Below, in pieces: positions 18,501 to 28,429 of a stretch of 64,000 nt of DNA. Every line of letters starts with the position of its first letter. Positions within the stretch are counted from its first letter, which is position 1. Source of the stretch: Theionarchaea archaeon (lineage in GTDB: Archaea > Methanobacteriota_B > Thermococci > Methanofastidiosales > SZ-28-30). Position numbers and translations under genes: made by a program. The stretch is taken from assembly GCA_018992685.1 (NCBI GenBank), contig JACVGT010000018.1, forward strand, positions 128,001 to 192,000, given 5' to 3'. The notes below the pieces were generated by a model. The model was not told where the DNA came from and searched no databases. It saw only the letters and a list, made by a program, of their open reading frames with translations.

Positions 18501-21038
18501 ATGGTGCAGCGGACTGGACTCGTTCTGGCATCAGTTCTGGGATCGAGTATTCTTGCAGGTGTCGTACTACCATACCCTTTTTACATTGTAGCATGGATGG
18601 TGGGACTCTTCTTTGTCACCGGGGCCGGGATCTTGCTGCACCTGGAACCGACGTTGAATCTCGATACGTTGTTGACCTCTGTCCTGGTAGGACTGTGTGT
18701 TCATGTGGTGTATGGATACGTTTTGGGGGCTCTTCAGATAGAATTGACCCTGTGGCTTCTCTTGGCTCCCAGCGTCCTCAGCAGCATCTCAGTAATGCGT
18801 AGCCGGCAAAATATACATCTAAATCTGAAAGACAGCCTCCTCCTGATTCCTCTAATGGTCTTTGTGGTCTTGGCCGGTCATGCAGTTCCTGGGGAACAGG
18901 CTGGCCTCTTTGCTTTTCGGTCCATCATGGAAGCAGGATTCATACCTTCTCATTATCCACTGTATGAGATTCCTTTGAAGACTCCCCTGGGGTTTCATTT
19001 TCTGGTGTATGAGGTACTTTTTTTGGCTGGAGACTGGCACTCTTATTCTCTCTGTGGGGTGATACTGAGTTCTCTTGCTTTTATTCCCTGCTATCTCATG
19101 GCAAAGAGTCTTCACTCAGAGAAGGCAGGATGGGCCGCAGGAATGTGCGCTCTCTTTGCTTCAGTTGCCCTTGTAGACTGCGCACAGGATGGGCTGTATA
19201 GTCTCGGCCTATCTCTTGTAATCCAAGGAACTGTCATGTATTGGGCTCTAGATTCCTCAAAGCAATGCAGTGCCAGAAAACTAGTTCTCGTGGGGCTGGG
19301 TTGTGCTGCTGGAATCGAAGTACATACTTCATTCGTGGTGGTTCTTCCTGCAGTTCTTGTTCTTGCACTGTACGGTGTCTTTCGCAGTTACAGGGGGCGA
19401 CCTATCAAGCCCCTGGCAGTCTTCGGAGGCAGTCTCTTCGTGTTTTTCATTCCATTTGTGGGACAGTCATGCGATGTGACGTCTTCCATCCACGAAGTCG
19501 CGTACTGGGCTGGGGAGATCGGGACTGCAGGAACACCAGGATTTGTCACCGCTAATGTAGGAATCTGGGTAATATTCATTGGAGCTGTGGGATTCCTGTT
19601 TGTGAGAAAAGTGCATGTCCTCTTCTTTGCCGGCTGGATCGGTCTCGGTGCTTCTGCAGCATTGATCAGTGGGTTCATGCTCTCATTTCCTGTGTGGTCC
19701 ATGATTTCCAGCGCAGAGGGACTGAAAATCCTGTCTATTCCCCTATCTGTTCTCGCTGGGATTGGGTTGGTTCATCTCACCAAGCCCTCCTGGAGCATTG
19801 TCTTTCTGCTCTTGCTCATGTCAGTGACACCACAGCCGGTGGTCCGCGAGACCCCTTCCCTACTCACTGGACCCTTTGTTCCTGCAGACTCACAGTATTT
19901 CCTGGATGACCAGGAGGCTATGCAGCTTCTGGAACCCTATCCTGACAGTTATATCCTCAATGACTGGTGGATGGGGACAGGTTCATCCTGGATACTTCCC
20001 CTGGTTGAAAGAAAGGTGATGTTTCCATATCTATACAGGTATGATGGAGCTGTTTCAACATTGAATATTCCAGAGAAGGAGAAAAAATCCTTCCTAGTGG
20101 CAGCACTTCCTGATATTGAGCCATCCTTGCTGTTCTTAAGAGAGGAAGGGGTGGACTACGTTTTCTTATCAGGATATATACGGCCTGAGGTCGCATGGAG
20201 GAGAATCCTGTGGGATCCTGAATGCATGCTGAAAAGCCTGAACTACAACCTCGTTTTCCACAGAGGAGATACCTATCTCTTCAAGGTCTTGCCTTCCTTC
20301 ACCTTTTCAAATACCTACAGGATATCAGAGGTTCCCACGTTTGTGGGGTTCACTGGACGTTGTCCGGCTGGAGGCGGTATGCTGCAGAGCGATGTCCAGC
20401 CTGTTCTTGTGGACTTTGATGGAAATGGCCAGGCGATCATCGCCTGGGGTAGCATGAGTTTTCGTCCTGCACTCTATGTGAGGATCACCTTCCTGGATTC
20501 AGGCTTTGACCCATTTGACATCCTGGTGAGAGAGCAGGAAGAATTCTTTCTGGCCACGGTACCCAGAACGAATTCTGGCCTGTGGGAAACCCTGTACTTC
20601 AGACTTCCTGTTGAAATTGAGGAAGGTGCTGCTGTGATGCTGACTCCTCATGGAACTCCTGTCACTGTGAGTGATGTAGCTGTGATGGCATGTTTTCACG
20701 GGATGAAAGTGTCTGATGAAGTTGTTCTTGTGGGAGATTCGTGGAGCCAGGTCAACGAGGTGTATGTTGCCAAATCATCAGCCACAACCAGCCACATCTA
20801 TGTACTTTCCCCCTTGATTACTGTTGTGAACATAACCTACTTTGATGATGCTCCGGGCAATGTGGATTTCAACATTCTGCTCAGTGGTGGTCAGCTGGGC
20901 AGGTTCATCCTTGAGAGAACGGGAGACGGGAATGTGAAATGTGTGAGTATCCCTATCCCTACAGGGTATTCGTTCCTGGATATTGGCGTTTCTGCCTGGG
21001 AGAGTGATCTCACAATCCTCGCTATATCCTGCGAATAG
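18501..21038 (+). CDS. Multi-pass membrane protein, GT-C (PMT/STT3-like) fold; paralog 1
   Basis: Many TM helices, PLGFH loop, soluble domain with NDWWMGTGSSWI and VDYVFLS. Confidence 0.7.
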   Translation: MVQRTGLVLASVLGSSILAGVVLPYPFYIVAWMVGLFFVTGAGILLHLEPTLNLDTLLTSVLVGLCVHVVYGYVLGALQIELTLWLLLAPSVLSSISVMRSRQNIHLNLKDSLLLIPLMVFVVLAGHAVPGEQAGLFAFRSIMEAGFIPSHYPLYEIPLKTPLGFHFLVYEVLFLAGDWHSYSLCGVILSSLAFIPCYLMAKSLHSEKAGWAAGMCALFASVALVDCAQDGLYSLGLSLVIQGTVMYWALDSSKQCSARKLVLVGLGCAAGIEVHTSFVVVLPAVLVLALYGVFRSYRGRPIKPLAVFGGSLFVFFIPFVGQSCDVTSSIHEVAYWAGEIGTAGTPGFVTANVGIWVIFIGAVGFLFVRKVHVLFFAGWIGLGASAALISGFMLSFPVWSMISSAEGLKILSIPLSVLAGIGLVHLTKPSWSIVFLLLLMSVTPQPVVRETPSLLTGPFVPADSQYFLDDQEAMQLLEPYPDSYILNDWWMGTGSSWILPLVERKVMFPYLYRYDGAVSTLNIPEKEKKSFLVAALPDIEPSLLFLREEGVDYVFLSGYIRPEVAWRRILWDPECMLKSLNYNLVFHRGDTYLFKVLPSFTFSNTYRISEVPTFVGFTGRCPAGGGMLQSDVQPVLVDFDGNGQAIIAWGSMSFRPALYVRITFLDSGFDPFDILVREQEEFFLATVPRTNSGLWETLYFRLPVEIEEGAAVMLTPHGTPVTVSDVAVMACFHGMKVSDEVVLVGDSWSQVNEVYVAKSSATTSHIYVLSPLITVVNITYFDDAPGNVDFNILLSGGQLGRFILERTGDGNVKCVSIPIPTGYSFLDIGVSAWESDLTILAISCE

Positions 21039-21147
21039 GAATTCTGGTCAGGAATAGGAAAGTCATGAGGGCAGAGAAAGCTGAGGGGACTCAAAGAAGT
21101 CATCTGGACTCACAATTCTTAAATAGGAGAACCTACCATTCACAACA

Positions 21148-23628
21148 ATGAAGCCCTTTCTGACCACACTCGCTCTCTGCAGCATCGTGGTGACTGTTCT
21201 GGCACCTCCTGAAGCGAAACTGGCAGCTGTCTTCGTGCTGCTCCTCTTGCCTGGAGCAGGGATATCCCTCACCATGTACCCCAAGAGAGATTTCGTCGAC
21301 CAGATGGTCTTCTCGGTGCTGTGTGGTCTGGGGTTTCAGATCGTCTATGGCTACTTCCTTTCCATGGTATCCCATTTCTCTCTTGTCAGTTTGAGCGTCC
21401 CTGCTGTAGCGTTTTCTCTCTTAGCGGATTTCAAAGCGATGAAGACTGTGAGCCTTGATAAAAAGTCTCTCCTCATCTTTGTTCCCGCCCTCCTGTTCGG
21501 GTTGGCAACCTGGAACGTGGTGCCTGGAGAAGACGCAATTGCCCATTTACTGATAATTGAAGATATTGTCCAGGAGGCAGCTGTTCCCCAGACATACCTT
21601 TTGTATCCCGAAATTCCTACAATCATTTATCCCTTGGGTGTTCATATTCTCACAGCACAGCTCGAACTCTTTTCTGGGATGAACAATCTCATATTCGGAA
21701 TGGCTTCCTTTCTTGCTGCTGTATTGTGCTTGTCAATATACTGGTTTACCAAGACCATGTTTTCCACAGAAATGGGGCTTCTGGCAGGCGTTCTTGCAGT
21801 ATTTTCCACACTCCCCCCTTTGAACAGTGTCATTCTCAGCAATTATTCCACATTACTGGCCTATGTGATGACCTGTGCCGCAATAGGGGTGATAGTCAAT
21901 CTTAATTCGAGGAAGGATTTTAGGTTATGGGCTGTACTGGCCCTGCTGCTGGCTGCAGGAGCAGAGAGTCACCTTCTCTTTTTTGTGGTCCTGATACCTC
22001 TATCAGTGCTCTTGGTACAGGAGCTGAGAAAGAAGCCTCGTTCTTGGATCAACTACGTTCTCATAATCGGGCTGGCTGCCGTGTTCTGTCTGCCCTTCTT
22101 GCTGCGCATTTCTTCCGCCTACATTCCTTCCAGAGAAGCAGATTTCTCATCTGTGGAATATCTCGTGAGACAGGAAAGTCACTTCTTCCAACGATTCTCT
22201 GCTGACTTGGTTCCTCGAACCATTGGGATATGGATAACCCTGGTGGGCGCACTGGGATTCTTCCTCCTACAAAAATACCGATTGTTCTTTGGTGTATGGG
22301 CTGTCACATTCCTTTTTCTGGCCCTAAATAGTGCAATGGGCATCGAATTCCCATTATGGTACACTTTCTTTGCTCCTCGGATGATAGACCAGTTATTCAT
22401 CCCCTTTTCTGTGATGGGAGCCTTTTTCCTCCTGCAGATGAAAGACTTCTCTAGGCCAGGAGCTGTAATTCTTTCGGGAATCTTACTGCTGTCTGGATGT
22501 TCATATATCCTTCAGACCCCACGGGCAGACCGGGGAGAGCTGTTTCCCACCACATCCCCGTTTTTTGAGAATGATCAAAAGGGCATGATATGGCTCCTGC
22601 AGACTGAACAGGAGAGTATCATACTCAATGATTGGTGGACGGGGACGGGGTCTGCATGGATCCCAAGTCTCACCAGGAGAAAGGTGGTCTTTCCCTACAC
22701 CGTAAATGCTTTCTCCATAAATGTTTTTGCCCGCAAAGATTACGTTAAAGCGTTGAACTTGGCTCAGAAAGAACAGAAAAGCTTCCTAATTGCTGCATAT
22801 CCGGACTCTAAAGAAGCCCATGCCTATCTCAAGGAATGGCACGTAGATTATATATTTTTGTCCAGCTATGTTCTGGAGGAATCCAAATGGAGAGCCGCTC
22901 TGTGGAACCCCTATGGACTGACAGAGAGTCCCAACTATGAATTGGTGTTTCAAGATGGGTATACCTATATCTTCAACGTGAACAGTGAATTTGAATACAG
23001 CACAACCTTCAGATTGAAGGAGCTGGGTGAAGTCAACGTAGAACAGAGTACACCCACTGAGCTCGATGTGTCTCTCGGGTTGTTGAGTTTTCCGGTGGAC
23101 AGAATCCTGGATATCCAGTTTGAAGACGAAGGATTGGGACAGATCGAAGTGAGAACAGGGGATTCCCTTCTGGCACTGATTCCTCAGACTGACAGTAAGA
23201 GTATGGTTCATGTAGCATTCAGGCTCCCTCTTGATGTGGAGCGGATTACACTGTCCTGTCCAGATCGGCCCATAACTGTGGCAGCATCTGTTACCACGAC
23301 TTTCATGACCAGCATTTCCTGTGGAAATACCGTATTCATAGGAACGTCATGGCAGAAGGTAGAATCAGGATGTGAATTATACGATCAGGGACACATCTAC
23401 TTGATCAATCCTTCAGGAGAGGTGGCATTGACATACCTGGACGTGGGCGAAGGCAATGTGGATTTGAATGTCTTCCTCAAGGGTGAATGGCAGAAGGTAA
23501 CTACCATCTACCGGGAAAATGATGGATTGAAGAAGACGATTGTTCTGAAAATGCCTGAAGGATACACACTGCTGGACGTAGGAATTAAAACCTGGGGCGA
23601 CCCTCTCGTGCTTGTTGCAGTCGAATAG
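21148..23628 (+). CDS. Multi-pass membrane protein, GT-C (PMT/STT3-like) fold; paralog 2
   Basis: YPLGVH loop, NDWWTGTGSAWIP, VDYIFLS; clearly homologous to the upstream gene. Confidence 0.72.
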   Translation: MKPFLTTLALCSIVVTVLAPPEAKLAAVFVLLLLPGAGISLTMYPKRDFVDQMVFSVLCGLGFQIVYGYFLSMVSHFSLVSLSVPAVAFSLLADFKAMKTVSLDKKSLLIFVPALLFGLATWNVVPGEDAIAHLLIIEDIVQEAAVPQTYLLYPEIPTIIYPLGVHILTAQLELFSGMNNLIFGMASFLAAVLCLSIYWFTKTMFSTEMGLLAGVLAVFSTLPPLNSVILSNYSTLLAYVMTCAAIGVIVNLNSRKDFRLWAVLALLLAAGAESHLLFFVVLIPLSVLLVQELRKKPRSWINYVLIIGLAAVFCLPFLLRISSAYIPSREADFSSVEYLVRQESHFFQRFSADLVPRTIGIWITLVGALGFFLLQKYRLFFGVWAVTFLFLALNSAMGIEFPLWYTFFAPRMIDQLFIPFSVMGAFFLLQMKDFSRPGAVILSGILLLSGCSYILQTPRADRGELFPTTSPFFENDQKGMIWLLQTEQESIILNDWWTGTGSAWIPSLTRRKVVFPYTVNAFSINVFARKDYVKALNLAQKEQKSFLIAAYPDSKEAHAYLKEWHVDYIFLSSYVLEESKWRAALWNPYGLTESPNYELVFQDGYTYIFNVNSEFEYSTTFRLKELGEVNVEQSTPTELDVSLGLLSFPVDRILDIQFEDEGLGQIEVRTGDSLLALIPQTDSKSMVHVAFRLPLDVERITLSCPDRPITVAASVTTTFMTSISCGNTVFIGTSWQKVESGCELYDQGHIYLINPSGEVALTYLDVGEGNVDLNVFLKGEWQKVTTIYRENDGLKKTIVLKMPEGYTLLDVGIKTWGDPLVLVAVE

Positions 23629-23701
23629 GGCTACTAGGAATCCTTACCTGCTCTTGAGCCCCATGGGAAAACCTTTTTATAACCTCAGAAGGAGAAAAAC
23701 T

Positions 23702-24244
23702 ATGATTCTAGCAGGATCACCAACGGAATATGAGGCAGTAATGGAAGCTGCAAAGCTGATACTGGCTTCCATCAGGACTGCTCCTAAGTCAAGAGGACGG
23801 GATACAATCTGCTCCTGCATAGTGACAGGCGCAGAAAAACAGAAAGTGGCTGACTGGTTGATAGCCCGTAAGGAAAAGGCAGCCTTCTTTGAAAGAGATG
23901 GAATATGTGTAGAAAAGGCACAGGCTCTAATCTTGGTGGGAGTCAAGGGAGAACCTGTTGACCTCAATTGTGGTGGATGCGGCTTTAAAACGTGCCAGGA
24001 ACTCAGAAGTACACAGAAAATCCAGGGAACTGACTTCACAGGGCCGAATTGCATTTTCAAGCTGATGGATCTGGGAGTTGCCCTGGGATCTGCAGCCAAG
24101 ACTGCTAGCCTTCTCAATGTGGATAACCGTCTCTTTTATACTGCAGGAACTGCAGCTCACGCACTCGGATTCCTGGAAGAAGCAGATGTTATCATTGGCA
24201 TTCCTCTGGTCTTAGCAGGGAAAAATCCCTTCTTTGACCGGTAA
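23702..24244 (+). CDS. DUF2148-type ferredoxin-domain protein
   Basis: RTAPKSRG, LNCGGCGFKTC, GPNC, DLGVALGSA, VDNR, GKNPFFDR. Start moved to 23702. Confidence 0.85.
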   Translation: MILAGSPTEYEAVMEAAKLILASIRTAPKSRGRDTICSCIVTGAEKQKVADWLIARKEKAAFFERDGICVEKAQALILVGVKGEPVDLNCGGCGFKTCQELRSTQKIQGTDFTGPNCIFKLMDLGVALGSAAKTASLLNVDNRLFYTAGTAAHALGFLEEADVIIGIPLVLAGKNPFFDR

Positions 24245-24247
24245 CTG

Positions 24248-25795
24248 TTACTGGCTTCGTAACCACTTGACCATTCTCTGCATTTTCTTTTCTCTGCTGC
24301 GCTCTGCCCACAGATAGGCTTCATCCCTGGAGTCCTTAGTGATCAGGATGACGACTTTCCCCACTTCGGACCTCCCTGTCCTCCCTTTTCTCTGGATCGA
24401 CCTAATCTCAGAAGGAATTGGTTCATAAAACACCACCAGATCTACAGCGGGGATGTCTAATCCTTCTTCTGCTACTGAACTTGCCACCAGAATATTGTAT
24501 TCCCCCTTTTTAAAGTCCTCCAGGATCTTTTTCTGCTCATCCTGCTTCAATCCCTTGTCCGTTCGGGATGATTGTCCCACGAATCGCACAGGTTTTGCAT
24601 GCAGAATAGGCTGAACCTCTTCAAGAATTGAAGAAATCGTATCCCTGTACTGGGCAAACACAATGATGAGAGAAGCTTCTTTGGTGTAAAGTTGTCTCTC
24701 CAGTACTGCACGCAGGGCCCGTAACTTGGGATGTGATATCTCAGAACACGCCTGCACCTCCCGGTACAGTGCCTGAACTCTCTCGTCGTTGACAAGGATC
24801 TTCTCAGAACGTTTCTCGCAGGGGCCTTCAATCATTCGTTTCAGATAATCCCGCAGTGGATTAACACCCTGTGTTTCCAGAAGCTCCAGACAGTGATATA
24901 AAGAAATGGCCATTGCCTGATTCAAGTACGCGGCAAACCGGTATTTGGACCGGTACCCTGTGAGGTACCTGGGTATGTATCCTCTCAAATCCAGCAAATC
25001 CTTCTTGGATGTATATTCCTTTTTCTTGTAGGTCAGAAGTCCCAGATTGTTCAATTTCTCAATCTTTTCGTAGAGGAGAGGTTCCACCTTCCTTCTCAGA
25101 GCTTCCATTTCTGGAGTCAGCTCAACCTTATGCCATTCAATCTTGATGTCCTTAACATAACTGATGACGTCCTCATCCTGACGTACCCTGGCCTCCACAT
25201 TCTGTACATAGAGGTTTTCCATTACCTCCTTTATTTTTGCTTTCTGAGAACCCGGAGAAGCTGTCAATCCGAGAATCAAGGGCGCCTGTCTCTGATTGAC
25301 ATAGGACTGCGCTATCTCCACGTATGCATAGTCCCCGACTGCCCGGTGTGCTTCATCAAAGATTATGAGTGCTGTGTCCTCCAGGGTGTACAGGCTATTG
25401 TGCAAGTCATTCCGGATTACCTGGGGCGTGGAGAATATGAACTCACTATCTCTCCACAGATCCTTTCTCTTCTCTGGAACAGTCTTTCCAGTGAGCACAG
25501 TGCTGGACTTCATGACCAGCATTTCATCAAATGAGTGCTGATGCTGAAGTACTAAAGGCCTGGTAGGAGCAAGCATGACAACTTTTCCCTTTTTCATTAC
25601 ATCTGCTGCCACCAAAACGGCTATTACTGTCTTGCCAAGTCCTGTGGGAATAACAACGAGTGTGTTCTCCTTCTTGGCCTTTTCAGCAATATCCATTTGA
25701 AATGCCCTTTCCCGCACCGTTTTGGGTTTGATGGCAGGGTGAGAAACGAACCCTCTATCTTGGGCTACATAGTCATCCAGTTTCAGCTGCTCCAT
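24248..25795 (-). CDS. Hef/FANCM-type SF2 helicase (helicase domain only)
   Basis: PTGLGKT, DEAHRAVGDYAY, GLTASPG, SVAEEGLDIP, PSEIRSIQRKGRTGR; ends before any ERCC4 nuclease domain. Confidence 0.92.
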   Translation of the reverse strand: MEQLKLDDYVAQDRGFVSHPAIKPKTVRERAFQMDIAEKAKKENTLVVIPTGLGKTVIAVLVAADVMKKGKVVMLAPTRPLVLQHQHSFDEMLVMKSSTVLTGKTVPEKRKDLWRDSEFIFSTPQVIRNDLHNSLYTLEDTALIIFDEAHRAVGDYAYVEIAQSYVNQRQAPLILGLTASPGSQKAKIKEVMENLYVQNVEARVRQDEDVISYVKDIKIEWHKVELTPEMEALRRKVEPLLYEKIEKLNNLGLLTYKKKEYTSKKDLLDLRGYIPRYLTGYRSKYRFAAYLNQAMAISLYHCLELLETQGVNPLRDYLKRMIEGPCEKRSEKILVNDERVQALYREVQACSEISHPKLRALRAVLERQLYTKEASLIIVFAQYRDTISSILEEVQPILHAKPVRFVGQSSRTDKGLKQDEQKKILEDFKKGEYNILVASSVAEEGLDIPAVDLVVFYEPIPSEIRSIQRKGRTGRSEVGKVVILITKDSRDEAYLWAERSREKKMQRMVKWLRSQ

Positions 25796-25902
25796 GTATA
25801 GTGGTTTCTGTCATGGTTAAAAAAGGTTGTCCACTGGTTGGTTCCACCAGGTTGTTGTCAGTCAACAGGCTGAACTATATAGATGGGACCCCTAGAATCT
25901 GC

Positions 25903-26103
25903 GTGAAGCTACAGATAGCAAAAGACCGCTGTACACAATGCAGAAAATGCGTTGAGATTTGTCACAAGGGGCCCCTGATCTTTGATATTGATAAAAAGGA
26001 AATTAAGAACATGGATTACTGCAACCTGTGTCGTCTCTGTATTACTGTATGTCCTGAACATGCTTTGAAATGCCTTAATCATCGTCAATCATCAACCAGA
26101 TGA
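25903..26103 (+). CDS. 2x[4Fe-4S] ferredoxin
   Basis: CTQCRKCVEIC and CNLCRLCITVCP; probable GTG start at 25903. Confidence 0.8.
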   Translation: MKLQIAKDRCTQCRKCVEICHKGPLIFDIDKKEIKNMDYCNLCRLCITVCPEHALKCLNHRQSSTR

Positions 26104-26138
26104 GAAACCTTTATGTTCTTCTCCAGTATTGAAAGATA

Positions 26139-27113
26139 ATGTGCAACCTTGAGTGCCAGGGATATGCCAGAGGAAGCTGTCTCACAAAGACGGGGAGCAG
26201 AATGGTCCCTGCATGTGAAGCTACTCTGCTGAAAGAGGAAACAGTGCACCGGCTGGTGATGAGTGCGCACTTGTCCAGGCCGGAACACTACTTCTCTGTG
26301 TATCAGTCTGGATGCAACCTCACGTGTCTGAAATGCCACTCTCACGAGTTCACCCAGGTGGCCACAGGACACTGGTACTCCCCTTCTGACATTCTGGACC
26401 TGGCCAAAGGCTACGAACTTCAGGTTACCTATATAGAGAAGAAGGAGCACGTTACTGCCTTCCACGGAGCTTCAATGTGCAGAGGATGTGGGAGGTGCGT
26501 CACTCATGTGAGGCCGCGGTCATGTCCAGGTGTTGTGGACCCCACGCAAGTCGTCCTCTCGCCTCAGGGGTGGGGTCCAGCACGTAACATCATTGGATTC
26601 ACAGGAGGTGACATAACCTGCTGTCCTGACTTCTATGCAAAATGTGCCAGATTAATCAAGGAACAAACAGATCTGTATGTTCTCATTGAGACCAATGGGT
26701 TCGGATTGACTCCAGCGAACCTGGATATCCTCAAGAAGGCAGGTGTGGACTCTTTCTGGTTGGACATTAAAGCATTCAAGGATACCATTCATAAGACACT
26801 AACCGGGGTCTCCAACAAGCGGATACTGGAGCTGCCGTGGGAGATGAATCATATGGGATTCGTTCTGGAAGTCTCCACATTGTATATCCCTTCCTGGGTG
26901 GAAATTGACCAAATCGAGCACATTGCAGAGCTCCTGGTGGACGTTGATCCCGAAATACCTTTCACAATACTGGCATACTTTCCCAGCTTCAAGATGACGG
27001 AAAGATCCCCCACCTACGACGAGATGGTATCTGCATATGAAGTGGTGCGAAATGTGGGGCTCAAGAATGTGAGAATGGGCAACCTATCAGTAGTGTCTGA
27101 GACAGCCGAGTGA
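26139..27113 (+). CDS. Radical SAM protein (PflA/activating-enzyme-like)
   Basis: GCNLTCLKC, FTGGD, IETNG, LDIKA, extra CxxCxxC cluster. Confidence 0.85.
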   Translation: MCNLECQGYARGSCLTKTGSRMVPACEATLLKEETVHRLVMSAHLSRPEHYFSVYQSGCNLTCLKCHSHEFTQVATGHWYSPSDILDLAKGYELQVTYIEKKEHVTAFHGASMCRGCGRCVTHVRPRSCPGVVDPTQVVLSPQGWGPARNIIGFTGGDITCCPDFYAKCARLIKEQTDLYVLIETNGFGLTPANLDILKKAGVDSFWLDIKAFKDTIHKTLTGVSNKRILELPWEMNHMGFVLEVSTLYIPSWVEIDQIEHIAELLVDVDPEIPFTILAYFPSFKMTERSPTYDEMVSAYEVVRNVGLKNVRMGNLSVVSETAE

Positions 27114-27319
27114 TGCACCAGAACTGTCGAGGACTGTGTCAGGATCACTGCTCTGAAATTCCCTGATGGAACGGCGAGTCAAGAGGTGATCGCTGAGATG
27201 ATCTGCATAACGTAGCATATGGTAGTGGAGCATCCCGAGCTGAAGGGATATCCCAGAAATGAAAAGCACTCCCGTGTCCGGGACTGGTGTATCCTCCTCA
27301 ACAGGCGGACCACAGTAAC

Positions 27320-28429
27320 TCAAAATCTGAATTCTTTCCTTCTTACAGTGAATTTCTCTACCACATCATCGTGAACGTGCACACCAATTCCTGGTCCTTC
27401 AGGAACAGTGATGGTTCCATCAGGATTCAGCATGAAGGGGTCAGTAATATCCTGATGATAGTACCTGTCAGTGGCTGAAATATCATTTGGCAGGCAAAAC
27501 CCGGGCAAGGAACTGAGAGCAATATTCGTGGCCCTCCCGATGCCGAATTCCAGCATGCCTCCAGCCCAGACAGGCACCTTGTTCTTCATGCAGAGATCGT
27601 GAATCTTCCGGGAAGCCGTCAACCCGCCTACCCGTCCATGCTTAATATTGATGATTTTGCAGCTCCCCATCTTCAAAGCTATCTCTGCATCTCGGACTGA
27701 TTCAATGGACTCGTCAAGGCAAAGTGGAGTGGCCAATTCCTTCTGGAGTACGGCGTGATCATACAAATCATCGTACCCCAATGGCTGCTCAATCATCATC
27801 AATCCATACTGGTCGAGTTCTTTCATGATGTCCATGTCGGCCAACGTGTAGGCAGCATTGGCATCTACCATCAACGGTATGTCGCCCATCTCTTTTCTGA
27901 TTCTCTTCACAACCTGGACGTCCCACCCGGGTTTAATTTTGACCTTGATCCTCTTATACCCTTCCGCCCATTTCTCAGCTACATTCTTTAGAAGCGTCTC
28001 CATTTTATCGATACCGATACTTACACCACTTTCAATTGTGGATTTATTTCCACCCAGAACTCGTGATAATGACACCCCTTTCTGGGTTGCATAGAGATCA
28101 TACAGTGCTTCCTCTATCCCTGCCTTGGCCATCGGATGGCCTCGAATTCTCTTGAATATTCCTTGAAGATCATCGGGAGTCTCGAATTCGCGAGATTCCA
28201 TTTCCGGTATAATGAAATCTTCCAAGATGTGCCATTCAGTGTTCACTGTCTCATAGGAATAGGAGGGTTTGTCCAGGGCTACGCACTCTCCGAATCCTTC
28301 CATCTCCTCACTGCAGAGGTGCACAATAATCTCCTGATTCCTCTCTTCCCTGCCAAAGCTGGTTTCAAAAGGGTAGATATACGGGATTTCTACAACTCGT
28401 AACTCAATTGCTTTTATCTTCATGGACAT
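27320..28429 (-). CDS. menC: o-Succinylbenzoate synthase / N-succinylamino-acid racemase (enolase superfamily)
   Basis: PFETSFG, KxK (RIKVKIKPG), VDANAAY, IEQP, LDES, INIK, GGMLE, PNDIS. Confidence 0.88.
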   Translation of the reverse strand: MSMKIKAIELRVVEIPYIYPFETSFGREERNQEIIVHLCSEEMEGFGECVALDKPSYSYETVNTEWHILEDFIIPEMESREFETPDDLQGIFKRIRGHPMAKAGIEEALYDLYATQKGVSLSRVLGGNKSTIESGVSIGIDKMETLLKNVAEKWAEGYKRIKVKIKPGWDVQVVKRIRKEMGDIPLMVDANAAYTLADMDIMKELDQYGLMMIEQPLGYDDLYDHAVLQKELATPLCLDESIESVRDAEIALKMGSCKIINIKHGRVGGLTASRKIHDLCMKNKVPVWAGGMLEFGIGRATNIALSSLPGFCLPNDISATDRYYHQDITDPFMLNPDGTITVPEGPGIGVHVHDDVVEKFTVRRKEFRF

